Assembly (NCBI GenBank): GCA_951406725.2
Contig: OX597825.1
Span: forward strand, 67,394,001-67,458,000
Reading direction: 5' to 3'
Source of the DNA: Octopus vulgaris
Lineage: Eukaryota
DNA: 64,000 nucleotides
The position numbers were made by a program, and so were the translations under genes. Shown here piece after piece: positions 27,247 through 40,700 of the stretch. Positions within the stretch are counted from its first letter, which is position 1. Each line of letters opens with the position of its first letter. Below the pieces are notes generated by a model. It was not told the origin of the DNA. It saw only the letters and a program-made list of their open reading frames with translations, and made no database searches.

Positions 27247-27679
27247 TAAAGGAATTTTGTTAATTCGTCGTTCAACTCCATTCTTTCATATATTTATATT
27301 TTTAAAAAAACATACAAATTTCCACACGAAAGCCATAACTTCAAACGTGTCTTCTCTGATGTGAATTTACTACCCAGGTATCGGTTAACCGAATTATCCA
27401 TAACAAGATAATTCATTCAACTACTCAAATATATATATATATGTATATTTATATATGACTATTCTTATTTAGATTTGATTTATCATGGCCTGAGATGCGA
27501 GAATGCCTGAGAAGCGTGCACGCGAGACAAAATGTTTTGCGGTATTTTTTCGATTAAGATCTGAATTCAAAATTTGATTTCCATTATTTCAGGGTAAATA
27601 AAATAAAAGTACCACGTAACTACTGAGAAAGATGTAATTGACTTCTCCCTCCCACAAATTTGTACCTATAATAGCAAGA

Positions 27680-27713
<34 letters not shown>

Positions 27714-27721
<8 letters not shown>

Positions 27722-27900
27722 TCCGCCTTAACGAAGGCGGAGATATTGTTTGTTGTACGTGGACATGTCTTAAAAACAGCTGGATGGATTCGGATGAAAC
27801 TTTCAAGGATGTTGGGTTTCGTGACCTGTAGCAACTGATCAGATTTTGGGACTGATCCGGTACCGGACAAGGATTCTGGATTGTTTGTCATATTTATTTT
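27714..27900 (+). mobile_element. Non-autonomous DNA element, Helentron/HINE-like
   Basis: Begins ttattacctccgccttaacgaaggcggag (terminal hairpin), followed by ggattcggatgaaacttt and gattttgggactgatccgg motifs. Confidence 0.45.
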
Positions 27901-28019
27901 ACGTTACGATCTTACGTTCACTTTCAAGTTTTTCACTGATTATCTCCCTTGAAAGCATGCTCATGGTTTCTACGTAAGTTATGACGGCGTTGCTGTTTCC
28001 AAAGTTTTATTTTTGTTTC

Positions 28020-31000
28020 TCTGTTATTAATTTTACCTGCGTCTCTAAGCAAGTTTTGATCTTGGGCCGCTAACATGAAATTCTCAGTCTGTTTTCAATC
28101 CTGAGCTTTTTCAGCCACTGGTGGATTATTGGTTGGTCTTCATCAACAGTTTGGCTTCGATGTATATAACGTCCATGCGGAGGCTTCTGGCTCCACCGTT
28201 CCTCAATTTTTTTTTATGCCCGTTTTTTACACAGTCTGTTTGATCCGTTTTGCTTGTTTCCTGACACTTATTCCAAGTTCTTCATCTAATTCAGTGTTAT
28301 TACCGAGTTACCTAGCGAATTTGCAAGCTTTCTGCACAATGGAATGTGATTTTTAGCTGCTTTCGTGTTTGCACACAATCCGCAGCACACAATCCTCTGT
28401 ACTAGATGAGTACTTGTTCATTACTATAGTGGGGCTCTTATAGCACAGTTATACCTGCATTATTCCTCTTCCCCCATTACATCTAAATAGCTACAAACGA
28501 TCAACGTCTGCTTTTGGGTGGTGTTATAAGATTTTAGTAGCTTTCTTGTCTTCTCGGTCAGGCGCTGGAGCTCTGTAAGATTCCAGTTAATGGTGTTAAA
28601 ACTATATTGGACTAGTATTGGGCGGCGAGCTGGCAGAAACGTTGACGCGCCGGGCGAAATGCGTAGCCGTATTTCGTCTGCCGTTACGTTCTGAGTTCAA
28701 ATTCCGCCGAGGTCGACTTTGCCTTTCATCCTTTCGGGGTCGATAAATTAAGTACCAGTTACGCACTGGGGTCGATGTAATCGACTTAATCCATTCGTCT
28801 GTCCTTGTTCGTCCCCTCTGTGTTTAGCCCCTTGTGGGTAGTAAAGAAATAGGTATTTCGTCTGCCGTTACGTTCTGAGTTCAAATTCCGCCGAGGTCGA
28901 CTTTGCCTTTCATCCTTTCGGGGTCGATAATTTAAGTACCAGTTACGCACTGGGGTCGATGTAATCGACTTAATCCATTCGTCTGTCCTTGTTCGTCCCC
29001 TCCGTGTTTAGCCCCTTGTGGGTAGTAAAGAAATTTATATTGGACTACTGTAAGTGCCAGGGTTTTAATGGCTTCGATGCGATTTTTCCAGATGAGTTCA
29101 GTTTTTAGTATGATTTTCACTCTCCTGTAATACTCCTTTCTTATCTTTTTCCTTCATGCTAACATGTTGTATACCATCTTCCTTTATCCCCAGGTATTTA
29201 TAGCTTTCTTGTGGGTCAAGCTCCTTTATGTCAGTATCTAATTTAATGGAAGTTGTTTGCTTGAACTTGCTGATCTCTTTAACAGTTATTAACAGCCCTG
29301 TTAGCTCTTCGTTATTTTTAGCAAACATCTTCAGATCGTTCATATAAAACAGATGGTTTACTATAACATTACACACTTTGAACCCATCCCTGGTGTTACT
29401 CAGTTCATTAGCGAGTGGGATCAATGTCATGCAAAAAAGTATTGGAGAGAGGGAGTCAATTTGAAAGATGCTTCCTTTGATGTTGACGTTGTTAGATTGG
29501 CTCGTCCAATTACTATGGTGTATAAGGAGATGTGTATTCCATTTTGCCATGCTACCATGTAATATTTGGAGACAACAGGAGAGATCTTATATATCTCAAA
29601 GGCCTCGAGTAGGCAATTATGTGGGACATTATTAAACGCTTTCCTATAGTCTATCCATGCCATACTCAGGTTCTTTTTGCTCCGGCAATTCTTTTCAATC
29701 ATTATATTTATGAGTAATTGATCTTTTCATCCATAAGAATTCCTCTCTCAACCGGTTTTGAAGTTGTGGAAGAATAGAGTTCCGTTCCAGGAAAGTGTTT
29801 ATTCTTTCAATTAGTATCGATGTGAGTATCTTGTAGGTGGTGTTTTGAAATGTTATTGGTCTTCGGATTTTTCATGTCTTCCGTTTTTGGAAGAAGTTAT
29901 GTTGTTCCTTCGGCCAACCAGCAAGGTATTTGCTCTGGGTTCTGGAAGACATCAGTTAGTGATGCAGCAAAATGTTAGTGTACTTCTGTCAAACACTTCG
30001 GGCAGGAGTTAGGGTTCCGTTCCAGTCCCGTAGTTGTCCATTTGTAAGACTACTTCCCAAGAACACATCTTAGCTCTTCTACTCATATTGCTTCCCATTT
30101 TTACTCTTCAACTTCATCCAGTCCCTCTTTCTCATGTTCTATCAAATGAGCATTATATTCTTTTTTGTTGCTCCATATCTTCTTCCAGAACTCTTCCATT
30201 TCCTCCGTTTTAGGCGGCTTCTTTATTTCTATCCTACTTTTGCCAATTTCCCTGTAAAAGTTTTTTTGCATCCGTCTTGAATACCTTGTTTGTTTTGTCG
30301 ATAAAAAATTGATTCTTCTGTCATAATATCTGAACCATTGGTCTTTCAATTGTATTCGTGACTTCACAATTTCCTTGGTTGCTGGGAGGTTTAAAAAAAT
30401 TTTGATTTTATATTTTTGCTTGATTTTTCTAGTTCGTTTCGTTTTAACATTTACTCCTCAAGCAAGTTCATCGAGGACTGATAAATCAAAAATTCGATCT
30501 TTTTGTATTCTTACTTTTCACTTATATCTTTTGATACGGCTGGTTTTTTCTTTGTCGTCTTGCTACCAAGTTGAGCATTTATAACTTTAGCAGTATAATA
30601 GATGAGGTTATTTAAGGTTGTTAGGTCATCTCTCTTAGTTCTTAAGATCTGTCTTCTAAGAGCGGCATTGTATATCATAATCGTGTTTTTATTTTTTATG
30701 TTATTTGAGAGCTTTGGCAGCGGTTCTCTATTGATCATGTCAGTAAATTCAGTCTTCTTGTGCTTCTACGATCATCTCTTTAATATTCGCCTCAAATTCT
30801 GTGTCATATCTATTCTGGTGTTCTTGAGGTAGGTCTCCTTCCTCTTCGCTTTCCGCTTATCTGTCCTTCGCTATTGTTTCTTCAGCTTCTTTAGGAGGCA
30901 CTGATCGCACACTGGGTTCGGTGCATCTGTTGCGTATTTCATTTGCATTGTTACTGTTTTTCTTTGGTGTACCATGAGATATTTGGTCCTAATTTGGCTA

Positions 31001-31510
31001 ATTTCAGCTTCAGTTAACCTTTTATTCTTAATGATGTCTCTACGTACATTACTTACTTTATTTGCGTCTATATATCTGCGTACTTCATTGCCTACTAAGT
31101 TTCTCTATGAAGTGTATGTTTGTACAATGAGGTTATTGTTTCGGTTTAGTTGGTCTGTATAGAAAGCTTTCAACATGTCTCTATAATCCTCTCTCGTCCA
31201 TTTTATGTGTTTTGATTAGGTGGTGTGTTTGGTGTCACTGCAGGTCTAGGGTTAGGGTTATCCTGGTTCTGGTTATCTGGTGGTTCATTTTTTGAGAGTT
31301 TGTTCCAGCAGCTGACTTTTTGACTCCAGTCTGGTTCTCCCCTGTGTAACGCGGTTCTTGTCCCGGGCGATGACCGATCTACCATGAGCTTTGGCTTGTC
31401 ATTAAAACATTGACCGTGACACTAGGAGCCGGGTCTGTTTGTTCAAGGTTGACTTTTTGACATGAGACTGCTTCCTTGTTCTTCGAATGGATATATTTGT
31501 CATATCGTAG
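28020..31510 (-). mobile_element. Long decayed R4/Dong-clade non-LTR retrotransposon
   Basis: Minus-strand motifs occur in order: KWTREDYRDM, FYREIGK..EEFWKKIW, LSMAWIDYRKAFNNVPH, IFQIDSLSPILFC, NHLFYMNDLKMFA, YKYLGI, VVQY/SFNTINW, HPKADVDR..GGRG, FMLAAQDQ. Confidence 0.92.
28621..29035 (+). mobile_element. Young SINE A dimer inserted in the R4-like element
   Basis: Two nearly identical units. TSD tatattggacta (28603-28614, 29036-29047). Confidence 0.92.
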
Positions 31511-33402
31511 GCTGATAGGTCGAAATTAAAAAAGCTGAAGTTCAAATCATGTGGATGAGGCGGAATAAGATATCCTTCGATAAAGAGTATACCGATAACA
31601 TCAAGAAAACCTTGCTTAGTTTCAGATGTCTTAAATGTGTCCAATACAATAAAAAACTAAAACTCTTAGATAAAAAATATATTTCCATTTTAAAACACCA
31701 TTCAAATATTCTTAAGATACATTATACAAATATTGAACTAAATTTAATAACTTTAAACACACTGCTGCTCCCTTAAACACGAAACTGATCTCCAAACATG
31801 TCATATACCCCTTTTGAACACCTATCATTAATTACTAGTCAAACCCTAGCATTTATCCTAATATTAATTGCCAAGCAAAAGAAATGGTTATCAGTTTCAT
31901 AAACAGAAAAATAATTATAAATGTTAGCGTTAAGTGAATCATACTTTACATTTAACGACCATAAAGGTAACTTTCTTGCAACCCCGAAATACACATAAAT
32001 ATATCCAGAGATTAAGCGAGATAGGTTTAATCGATTTATAATCTACAGTTGTTTTCTGTTTTGTTTATCTGTTAACACATATAAGTGTTTGGTAACACAT
32101 ATAAGCACCTTTGTATATTTATGCTTTTTTGTAGCGTAGAATTCCATCCGTCGATAACTAAACTCCTTCTTGGAAATAATTTTTGAATTCAGTAGAGATG
32201 CTATATGAATTATAAATTAGGATATCAATATTATTGTGCGTGCATACCAGGAAGTATCTATATAATTACAGCAACCATAATATATCTATATTATCAATGC
32301 ACTGTAATTTTTTAAAGCAGTAATGATGTAAAGGTTCTATTACAAATGAGGCTCAGCAGCGAGTTATCTATACATACATATATGCATTCAGATTCCTAAC
32401 TACCTAACAATCAAATGAATATAGAGTTTATAGTATGATAATAACAATCACGCAATCGATCATTCTAGTATAAAACATGCCTCGCCCTATCTTAATGTGC
32501 CAAGAAGCCAAGATCTTCGTCTCTCGAACTACATTCATATACCAATATTTCCAATTTTCATCAATGATCGGATTTAATGTAAACAGCCGCTGGAATTTCA
32601 ACCAATATCTATTGAGAAACATTTAACTAACAACTGCTTGAAATAATAACATTCCCAGATAATACACAATAGGTTTGTCATATACTCACCGACAGCGATA
32701 TAAAGAAAAGCAATATTAAGCGATATATCGACAGCAGATTTATTATAAACTTATAAACCGTCTATCGTTGACGCACGATAGCTAAGATATCATACTTAGT
32801 GTAAATACATTTATACACAAAAGCACAGACAGCCATTCATTGGCATTACTAATTAACTGGATAAAAACTCAATATAGTGATTAAACATAGGGAGAAAATG
32901 CGACTCTTACTCTTACACGATAACATTGATGAGACGCTTTGGCAACCCTTGTGTCTCCTTCCTATGCTTTTTATGACGAGTTCCTCCACCAATTACCAAA
33001 TATATTTATAACAGAGATTCCAACACTGTCACTAATCCAGTAAAATTATGAATAATTCTAATCCGTCTCAGAAGATTTGACATAAGGATTAGATTATATG
33101 ATTTAGATTATGTAATAGTGAATTTTGTAAATGAAACGCGCGTAAGACTCTATAAGTAGATATTTTTAAAACAGACTTTCCTGAATTGTTTTGTGTTATA
33201 TACATATGTACTTGCATACACACACGCACGCACGTACACACACACACACACAGGCACACACACACACATGTGCACACACACATGTGTTCGTGGTTGTAAA
33301 TGGTTGTAAATTCCCACCAAGATTAAGTTACTCAAATTTGTGAGTTGGTGTGTGCTGGCATAGAGAAATATACACGTGAGAATATATATACATACATACA
33401 TA

Positions 33403-34136
33403 CAAGTGCATATTTCTAATCTGGTGACAAAATGCAGACGGCTGGCTGGATGGGTTCTCCGAACTTTCAGAAGAAGAGAGAAGGAGACACTGATGGTCCT
33501 ATGGAAAACATTCGTCCTCAGCCGCTTGGACTACTGCTCCCAACTGTGGTCACCACACAATATAAAACTAACAGCAGAACTCGAAGCAATTCAGAGAAGC
33601 TACACAAAGAAAATCGTCTCAATGCAAAATATCAGCTACTGGGAAAGACTGAAAGTATTAAACCTCTTCTCCCTAGAGCGGGGCGGGAGAGATATGCGGT
33701 GATATACATCTGTAAAATCCTGGAGGGTCTTGTCCCAAACTTTGGCATTAAAAGTTACCCCAACCGCAGAACGGGGCGCCACTGCATGGTGCCAAGGATT
33801 CCAACATCACCATCAAAATACAGGTCCAGATACTGCAACAGCTTGGGTTTCAGAGGACCACAGCTCTTTAACATCCTCCCTAAATGCCTGAGAGACTTAC
33901 ATGGTGTGGATGTGGGTTTCTTTAAAACTAAACTGGATCTCTTCTTGTCAGGAGTCCCAGATGAACCTACCTCACGACAGGAGACGCGGATGCGGGCAGC
34001 AGCATCGAACTCCCTTGTTGATCAAGTGCCATGTATCAGCGGTGAATTCACATATTAGTGTAGCTCATTCAGCGGTGGTGCCCCAGCATGGCCGCGGCCT
34101 TCGGGCTACAACATTTTAAAGGATTTTTAAGGATTT
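33403..34136 (+). mobile_element. CR1/L2-group LINE 3' end (5'-truncated, one frameshift)
   Basis: WVLRTFRRR..VLSRLDYCSQLWSP..LEAIQRSYTK..SYWERLKVLNLFSLER / RERYAVIYICKILEGLVPN..RGPQLFNILP..FKTKLDLFL. Short UTR and (aaggattttt) tail. Confidence 0.9.
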
Positions 34137-34221
34137 ATACATAATACATACATAAACACATGCATAAATATATATATAAATATATGTGCACATAAATGTA
34201 CGTTTATATAGATTTATATAC

Positions 34222-34520
<299 letters not shown>

Positions 34521-35157
34521 TAGGTTCATAAAGGAAGAAAATTCGTTGCCCATGGTAAAAAGTAGCTGCTATGAATTTTAAAGAAAACTTATTCTTAATG
34601 AAGACACATTCAATGTATCACAAAATTAGAATATTTCTTCTTCAGAATTTTGGGGAAAAGAAAATTTCCTTAGCTCCCTAAGACTTCCTAACATTAATTC
34701 ACCATCATGGAACAGTAGATAACCCAATTCACTTTCACATTGAAGTTAATTGCTCTATAAGTAAAGTAAGCTAGGAACACACTGTCATGACTCAAATAAC
34801 GATGGGTATTATATCAGTTCTACATGAAAGCCCTTTAAGAAACACTATAATATGCAAAATATCTACTCATCATTTTTCATGCGGGAAAAGTAATTTTTAT
34901 CCTATACGTTTATTTCACTCCGTCGTCTAATGTAGTGTACTAGAGATAAGCACTCAATAATATCATTATATTTCGTATTTTAATTGGTTAAATTTAAATC
35001 TAATTCGAGTATATATCTAATACAAGTAAATTTAGTAAGAAAATGGAATTACATATCTGTGATAACAATTTTATTTCTTCCGAATCCATTACAAGACATT
35101 ATTTATACATCTTTTAGTCTACATCTTTTAGTATATAGTCTTACAATAATAAGAAGT

Positions 35158-35538
35158 GGAGGCGCAATGGCCTAGTGGTTAGGGCAGCGGACTCGCGGTC
35201 GTAGGATCGCGGTTTCGATTCCCAGACCGGGCTTTGTGAGTGTTTATTGAGCGAAAACACCTAAAGCTCCACGAGGCTCCGGCAGGGATGGTGGTGATCT
35301 CTGCTGTACTCTTTCACCACAACTTTCTCTCACTCTTACTTCCTGTTTCTGTTGTACCTGTATTTCAATGGGCCGGCCTTGTCACTCTCTGTGTCACGCT
35401 GAATATCCCCGAGAACTACGTTACGGGTACACGTGTCTGTGGAGTGCTCAGCCACTTACACATTAATTTCACGAGCAGGCTGTTCCGTTGATCGGATCAA
35501 CCGGAACCCTCGTCGTCGTAACCGACGGAGTGCTTCCA
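35158..35538 (+). mobile_element. tRNA-derived SINE, head C + tail 1
   Basis: A box tggcctagtgg and B box gtttcgattcc. TSD acaataataa (35143-35152, 35541-35550). Near-identical to 63543-63925. Confidence 0.9.
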
Positions 35539-35880
35539 CCACAATAATAAAAAATAGAGCATAAGAAATTAAGATACTCGTGGAAGTAAAATCCCTCTCA
35601 GAACGTGCAAAAACTGGGGTGCATAGAGGAAAACTACACATCCAGATACAGAATCCAGATATATGCAATGACAGAGCAATGTTCTTACGCTCCACCCCAG
35701 CTTATATGATATTCGGTGTACGCCCATCGAAGCCGAGAAAATTCGAAACGCTGCCATGCCGCCATCTTAGAATTGACGATAATTTTCGTTTTGACATAAG
35801 GGTCTTAAATTAAGTGATTATGAGACATTCATCTCTTGAACTTAATAGATAGATCACATACAAACTCACAAATACATACG

Positions 35881-35924
<44 letters not shown>

Positions 35925-37393
35925 TATACACATACGCACGCGCTCACACACACACACACGTACACAAGCAGGCACACATGCACACACATATACGTGCGTG
36001 CACACACGCGCAGACACACACATATGTACGCACGCATGCATACATACACACACAGACAAACACACTTGCATATGCACTGTGCGAGAACTATTTCAGAGCA
36101 TATTTGGTAATTTCAGAAAACAACTCTTAGGTAGCAAAAAAGGGTTCTCATTAAGGTACTCAATGAATCCGCCTTCTGCTTTGATAATTGTTTCAATGCG
36201 GAACAGGAGTTATTCACATACCTTATTGATTTAGGACATTAGTTGAATAACGCCGATATTCGATGAACTGCAGTTTTGGGAGTATGTCGATTATATACCT
36301 TTTCAACATCGCTCCAAAATTTAAAATCCATGGTATTTAAATCTGGCAAATTTAGAAGCCATAATATTGGTGTTGCATGATCGTAACGTAACCATTTATC
36401 ACTTTTCACATTAGATTATAGTCTGGGTCGAAGTTTGTAAAATAGTGTTGGTTCCTTTCCACCCCCTCACCAAGCGCTTCTGAAAAAGTTACCGATAGAG
36501 TATGTATCAAGCGTAAAAAGAAATAAGTCCTGGTGGCGATTCGCTCAACGAAACCCTTCAAAGCAACAATCTACAGACTGAAACAAGCGAATGCATATAT
36601 ATATATATATATATATATACACTGGCATACATATATATAAACATGCACAACTTTCTACATTCATTAGTAACAATGATAAAAAAAAATAACTAAAGACAGT
36701 AACATTAATAATAGAATCATAACCATAAATAACGTAGAGGAAAATAACTAAAATAACAACATGGGAAAAAAATAAACATTTGCTTGCTAAACACCACTCT
36801 ACTATTACATCACCTACAGGTAAGTATAGATCAATCACTCAATATCTTTTGAAAGTAGCAACATAATATATGAATGGACTAGGTATTATATCGATTCCAC
36901 ATCAAATCCCTATAAAAAAGTTATAGTATGCACAAATATACATTTGCCAAGAGAATATTTGTCAATACGCCATCAGTAGCTAAATATATATGGAGTTCAA
37001 AGGCATGGCAACCTATTTCATACTGTAATGGTTTATAACATATGTACATGTCCAACATATTAAAGGTACGAAAAAAGAAAATAGCTTTTGTACACGATCA
37101 GCTTAATGATGTAATAGCAACCCTTGAACAAATGCTTACATTTTGACAAGAAACCAGTTGTTGTATCAGCACGACCAGTAATAGGGTCATAGTGACTTAA
37201 TTTAAGCCAATATGCATATGTATTCCTAGACTTATGATCGAACTATGGTGACGGGTAGTAATGATTGAGATGTTGGGTGACGGTAATATAGAAATGGGAA
37301 AATATAGCTTTTATAAACAAGTTTTTGTCAGGCAATATGAGTAAGAAAATTTATACAAATTAAGACAAAGAAATACAATTAAATGAGAAAAAT

Positions 37394-37538
37394 TATTAGG
37401 TTGTCCCAAAAGTTCGTAAACACTTGCGAAAATTGAATTTTTACTCGCCAAGTACTAACAAAAACAACAAAAATTATTCCTCAAAATAAAGACCATTATT
37501 TTCCAAGACTTTCTACGAACTTTTGAGACAACCTTATA
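37394..37538. mobile_element. Mariner-type MITE
   Basis: TIRs ttaggttgtcccaaaagttcgt / acgaacttttgagacaacctta with TA flanks. They resemble the TIR at 9721. Confidence 0.8.
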
Positions 37539-37587
37539 GTTGTTTGAAATTTAAGATAAGAAATGTTTAATTAAGAATATATGTATA

Positions 37588-37985
37588 GGCTCAGGAGTGG
37601 CTGTGTGGTAACTTGCTTACCAACCACATGGTTCCAGGTTCAGTCCCACTGGGTGGCACCTTGGGCAAGTGTCTTCTACTATAGCCTCAGGCCCACCAAA
37701 GCCTTGTGAGTGGATTTGGTTGACGGAAACTGAAAGAAGCCCATCGTATATATGTATATGTATATATATATATCTGTGTTTGTGTGTCTGTATTTGCCCC
37801 CCCCCCCCCCAACATCGCTTGACAACCGATGCTGGTGTGTCTACGTCCCCGTAACTTATCGGTTCGTCAAAAGAGACCGATAGAATAAGTACTAGGATTA
37901 TAAAGAATAAGTCCCGGGGTCGACTTGCTCGACTAAAGGCGGTGCACCAGCATGGCCGCAGTCAAATGACTGAAACAAGTAAAGA
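37588..37985 (+). mobile_element. SINE B, full length
   Basis: Head tggctgtgtgg...ggttcagtccc, CORE-like accttgggcaagt, an internal microsatellite, and tail ggcggtgcaccagcatggccgcagtcaaatgactgaaacaag. Confidence 0.9.
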
Positions 37986-38004
37986 AGATATACATACATA
38001 CACG

Positions 38005-38036
<32 letters not shown>

Positions 38037-38087
38037 TATTTATGAATATATATATATAGAAATTATATATATATGTTTAAATTATAA

Positions 38088-38132
<45 letters not shown>

Positions 38133-38379
38133 GTGTCTAGCATTTCGGTAAAAGTGATTGATAGAATAAGTACAAGACTTAAAAAAGTAAGACTGGGGTC
38201 GGTTCATTAAACTAAAAAATGTTCAAGGCGATGCTCCAGCATGGTCTCAGTCTAATGACTGAAACACGTTAAAGACAAATGTTATGTATCACTTAAGAAT
38301 TGAAAACATTTAGGAAACGTTCATACGTTGCTTTTCATAATTATTCAGTTTCTTAATCTATTTTGAAAAGCGGAATTAT

Positions 38380-39960
38380 TTTGAATTTACCGTTCACTCC
38401 CACATAGAAATATTGTCTCCATATAAAAATCTAAAGAGATGGATTCTTGATTCCTTCTTGTGCATCTCTGCTTGATTCATTAAGTTCGTTTCTATTGGAC
38501 ATCTGTAGTTCTCACTATATTGCAGAAATATAGAGAGACAATCAATTAGACTTTTTTGATATACACTTCCTATTTGCATTAATCTTAAATTTTAACCAAT
38601 ATTGAACTTTCTTAATTTCATATTGTTCAAACAGATCGAACTTCCCGCTGCGAAAGACTTCGTATTTTGTAAACTCATAAATTTGGTCTTTGTTAAAACA
38701 TTTTAAGATTTTGTGGTGGGTTTTGATTCTTAACAATTTATATAATTCTGTAATAATTCTATTTGGACTTGATATCTGGTGCAGAATTTTAAAAGATTAA
38801 ATTTTGTGTTTCTAGGATTGTAGTGACAGCATATAAAATACTTCTGCTCATGCTAAAGGTTTTTTTCGTAAGACTTGTAATACGATTTCTTTTCTCTTGA
38901 GTATGACCTTTTTTATCAAGTATTTCTGATGCTTGCGTATCAGGAGGAATATTTACAACTATTCCAGTCGTATCTTCCTCTCATCCATTTTAACCAATAA
39001 CTGTTGCATACACGTCTTGCTTCCTTTAATTCGCTTCTTCTGTATAAGATACAAAACAAGATCTAAAGTATAAGTGCTGTTTTTATCCATTTCTTTACCA
39101 AAGTGACGATTTATAATAAATATTCTCGTTTCCGTTAATTTTCAAAATTTCCAGGAATAGACGTATCTTTTTAATTTTTTTAATAATTTGTTCAATTTAT
39201 CAATATTATTGATTAATTGTTTAAATCTCGTAAGATCTGCCTTATTTCTGTTCCAAAATATTGGAGAGTCATGGAGGAAGCTCTTCCAATTTCTTTTTAA
39301 ATTGCGTTTTGGAACTGATCAAAATCATTCCCGGATAGGACGTAGATTATTATAATAGAGTCATTAGTGATGCAAAAATTCAAGCAACGTTGGTTCTCAA
39401 TGCAGTTCCTTTCATTTGAAGGTAATATTAGTTATTGAAAACGCAGACATTGTGCTTTTGCACTAATCGTAATCTTTCTACTATGTATTGTTTAAAAATC
39501 GCTTCTATAGTATTTGTAGATATTTGTTTATCCAGAATTCCTGAGCCTCTAATCCTAATTCGCGTGAGATATTTCTGAAAAGGTTGGTCATATCAAAACC
39601 CACCAGCATCATTTTAGTATTTTTCTGGAAGGCTATTTTATAAATTCACAAAACTAGGAGCCAATACTAGTTTCAATAGGCTGTCCAGCATATTGATAAA
39701 TGTTTGGATACTTGACAATTGAGTCTAATAGTTGATCACATTATTTCGGAATCATATACATGATGCATAGAGTTGTTATGGATTTCCGTGGATTCAGGAT
39801 TATTCGAGAAAATAAGCAACGTATGCGCTTGTTTTATGACAAAATTAGTTACGCAATTCAACACTTTTTTGTTAAGTTCATTTGTAATTAACTGATTTTG
39901 TTTCCAATTTGAATTTCTTATGTCTTTACCTGCCTTGGTTTCCTGTTTGATATTTTTTAT
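38380..39960 (-). mobile_element. Old Penelope-like element (RT + GIY-YIG remnants)
   Basis: Minus strand gives LVGFDMTNLFRNISRELGLEAQEFWINKY..YYLQMKGTALRTNVA*IFASLM..NWKSFLHDSPIFW (cf. FDVxSLYTNI, GTAMG, RYLDD), and later KSLIDCLS..SENY..TNL..HKKESR (GIY-YIG-like). Confidence 0.8.
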
Positions 39961-40274
39961 CTTTTTAGAAATATCAAATACTTTAATTCATTTACAACAT
40001 CCAAATATAACAAAACAACAACCATTTGCAAAATAACGGAAGAAAATCAACAATTACACGGAGCAGAATGAGACTATGTTACATAGAATTACAATCGTAA
40101 ATTAAGTTTAAAGTACTGAAAACAGCTATTGAAGATAATTACTACTACAGAGATAACAACCTTGAAGATTTCGTTTCTTACAACACGTTTCAAGATATGT
40201 TGGCAGCAGAAACTGCTTACACAAAATTCCTCTTCATGTTTTGATTTAGATCACCTTTATTTTCAGTTCTTTCA

Positions 40275-40359
40275 TGTATACATACATAAACACACACACA
40301 CACATACACAAACACACACATATACACACATACACACACATACACACACATGCTCATCC

Positions 40360-40417
<58 letters not shown>

Positions 40418-40458
40418 GCACAGACACGTAAGAATATACATATATGCATTTATATACA

Positions 40459-40491
<33 letters not shown>

Positions 40492-40547
40492 GTGCATGTA
40501 TATATTTTTATATACATATAGATGTGTATGTATACATACACACATAC

Positions 40548-40583
<36 letters not shown>

Positions 40584-40700
40584 CATGTGTGTGTATAAAC
40601 ATATACATGCATATATATATACATATATATATATATACATAACATATACATACACACACACACATACACACACACGCACACACATACACATATATGAACG
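40275..40700. repeat. (TA)n/(CA)n microsatellite field
   Basis: Direct reading. Confidence 0.95.

Larger units (their letters stand above)
26889..27314. repeat. Long palindrome, probably inverted PLE pseudo-LTRs
   Basis: Arms 26889-27095 and 27108-27314 are near-perfect reverse complements around a 12 nt loop. Confidence 0.95.

Noticed and set aside
32685-32761. Minus-strand gtgagt donor after the hydrophobic frame TVYKFIINLLSIYRLILLFFISLS
   Set aside because: It starts with ACG, not ATG. T-rich DNA readily gives hydrophobic frames, and there is no other support.
35158-35232. tRNA-like sequence with A and B boxes (also 63543, 58756, 60276)
   Set aside because: It continues into a shared body and tail with TSDs and has no proper acceptor stem or terminator. 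These are SINE heads, not tRNA genes.
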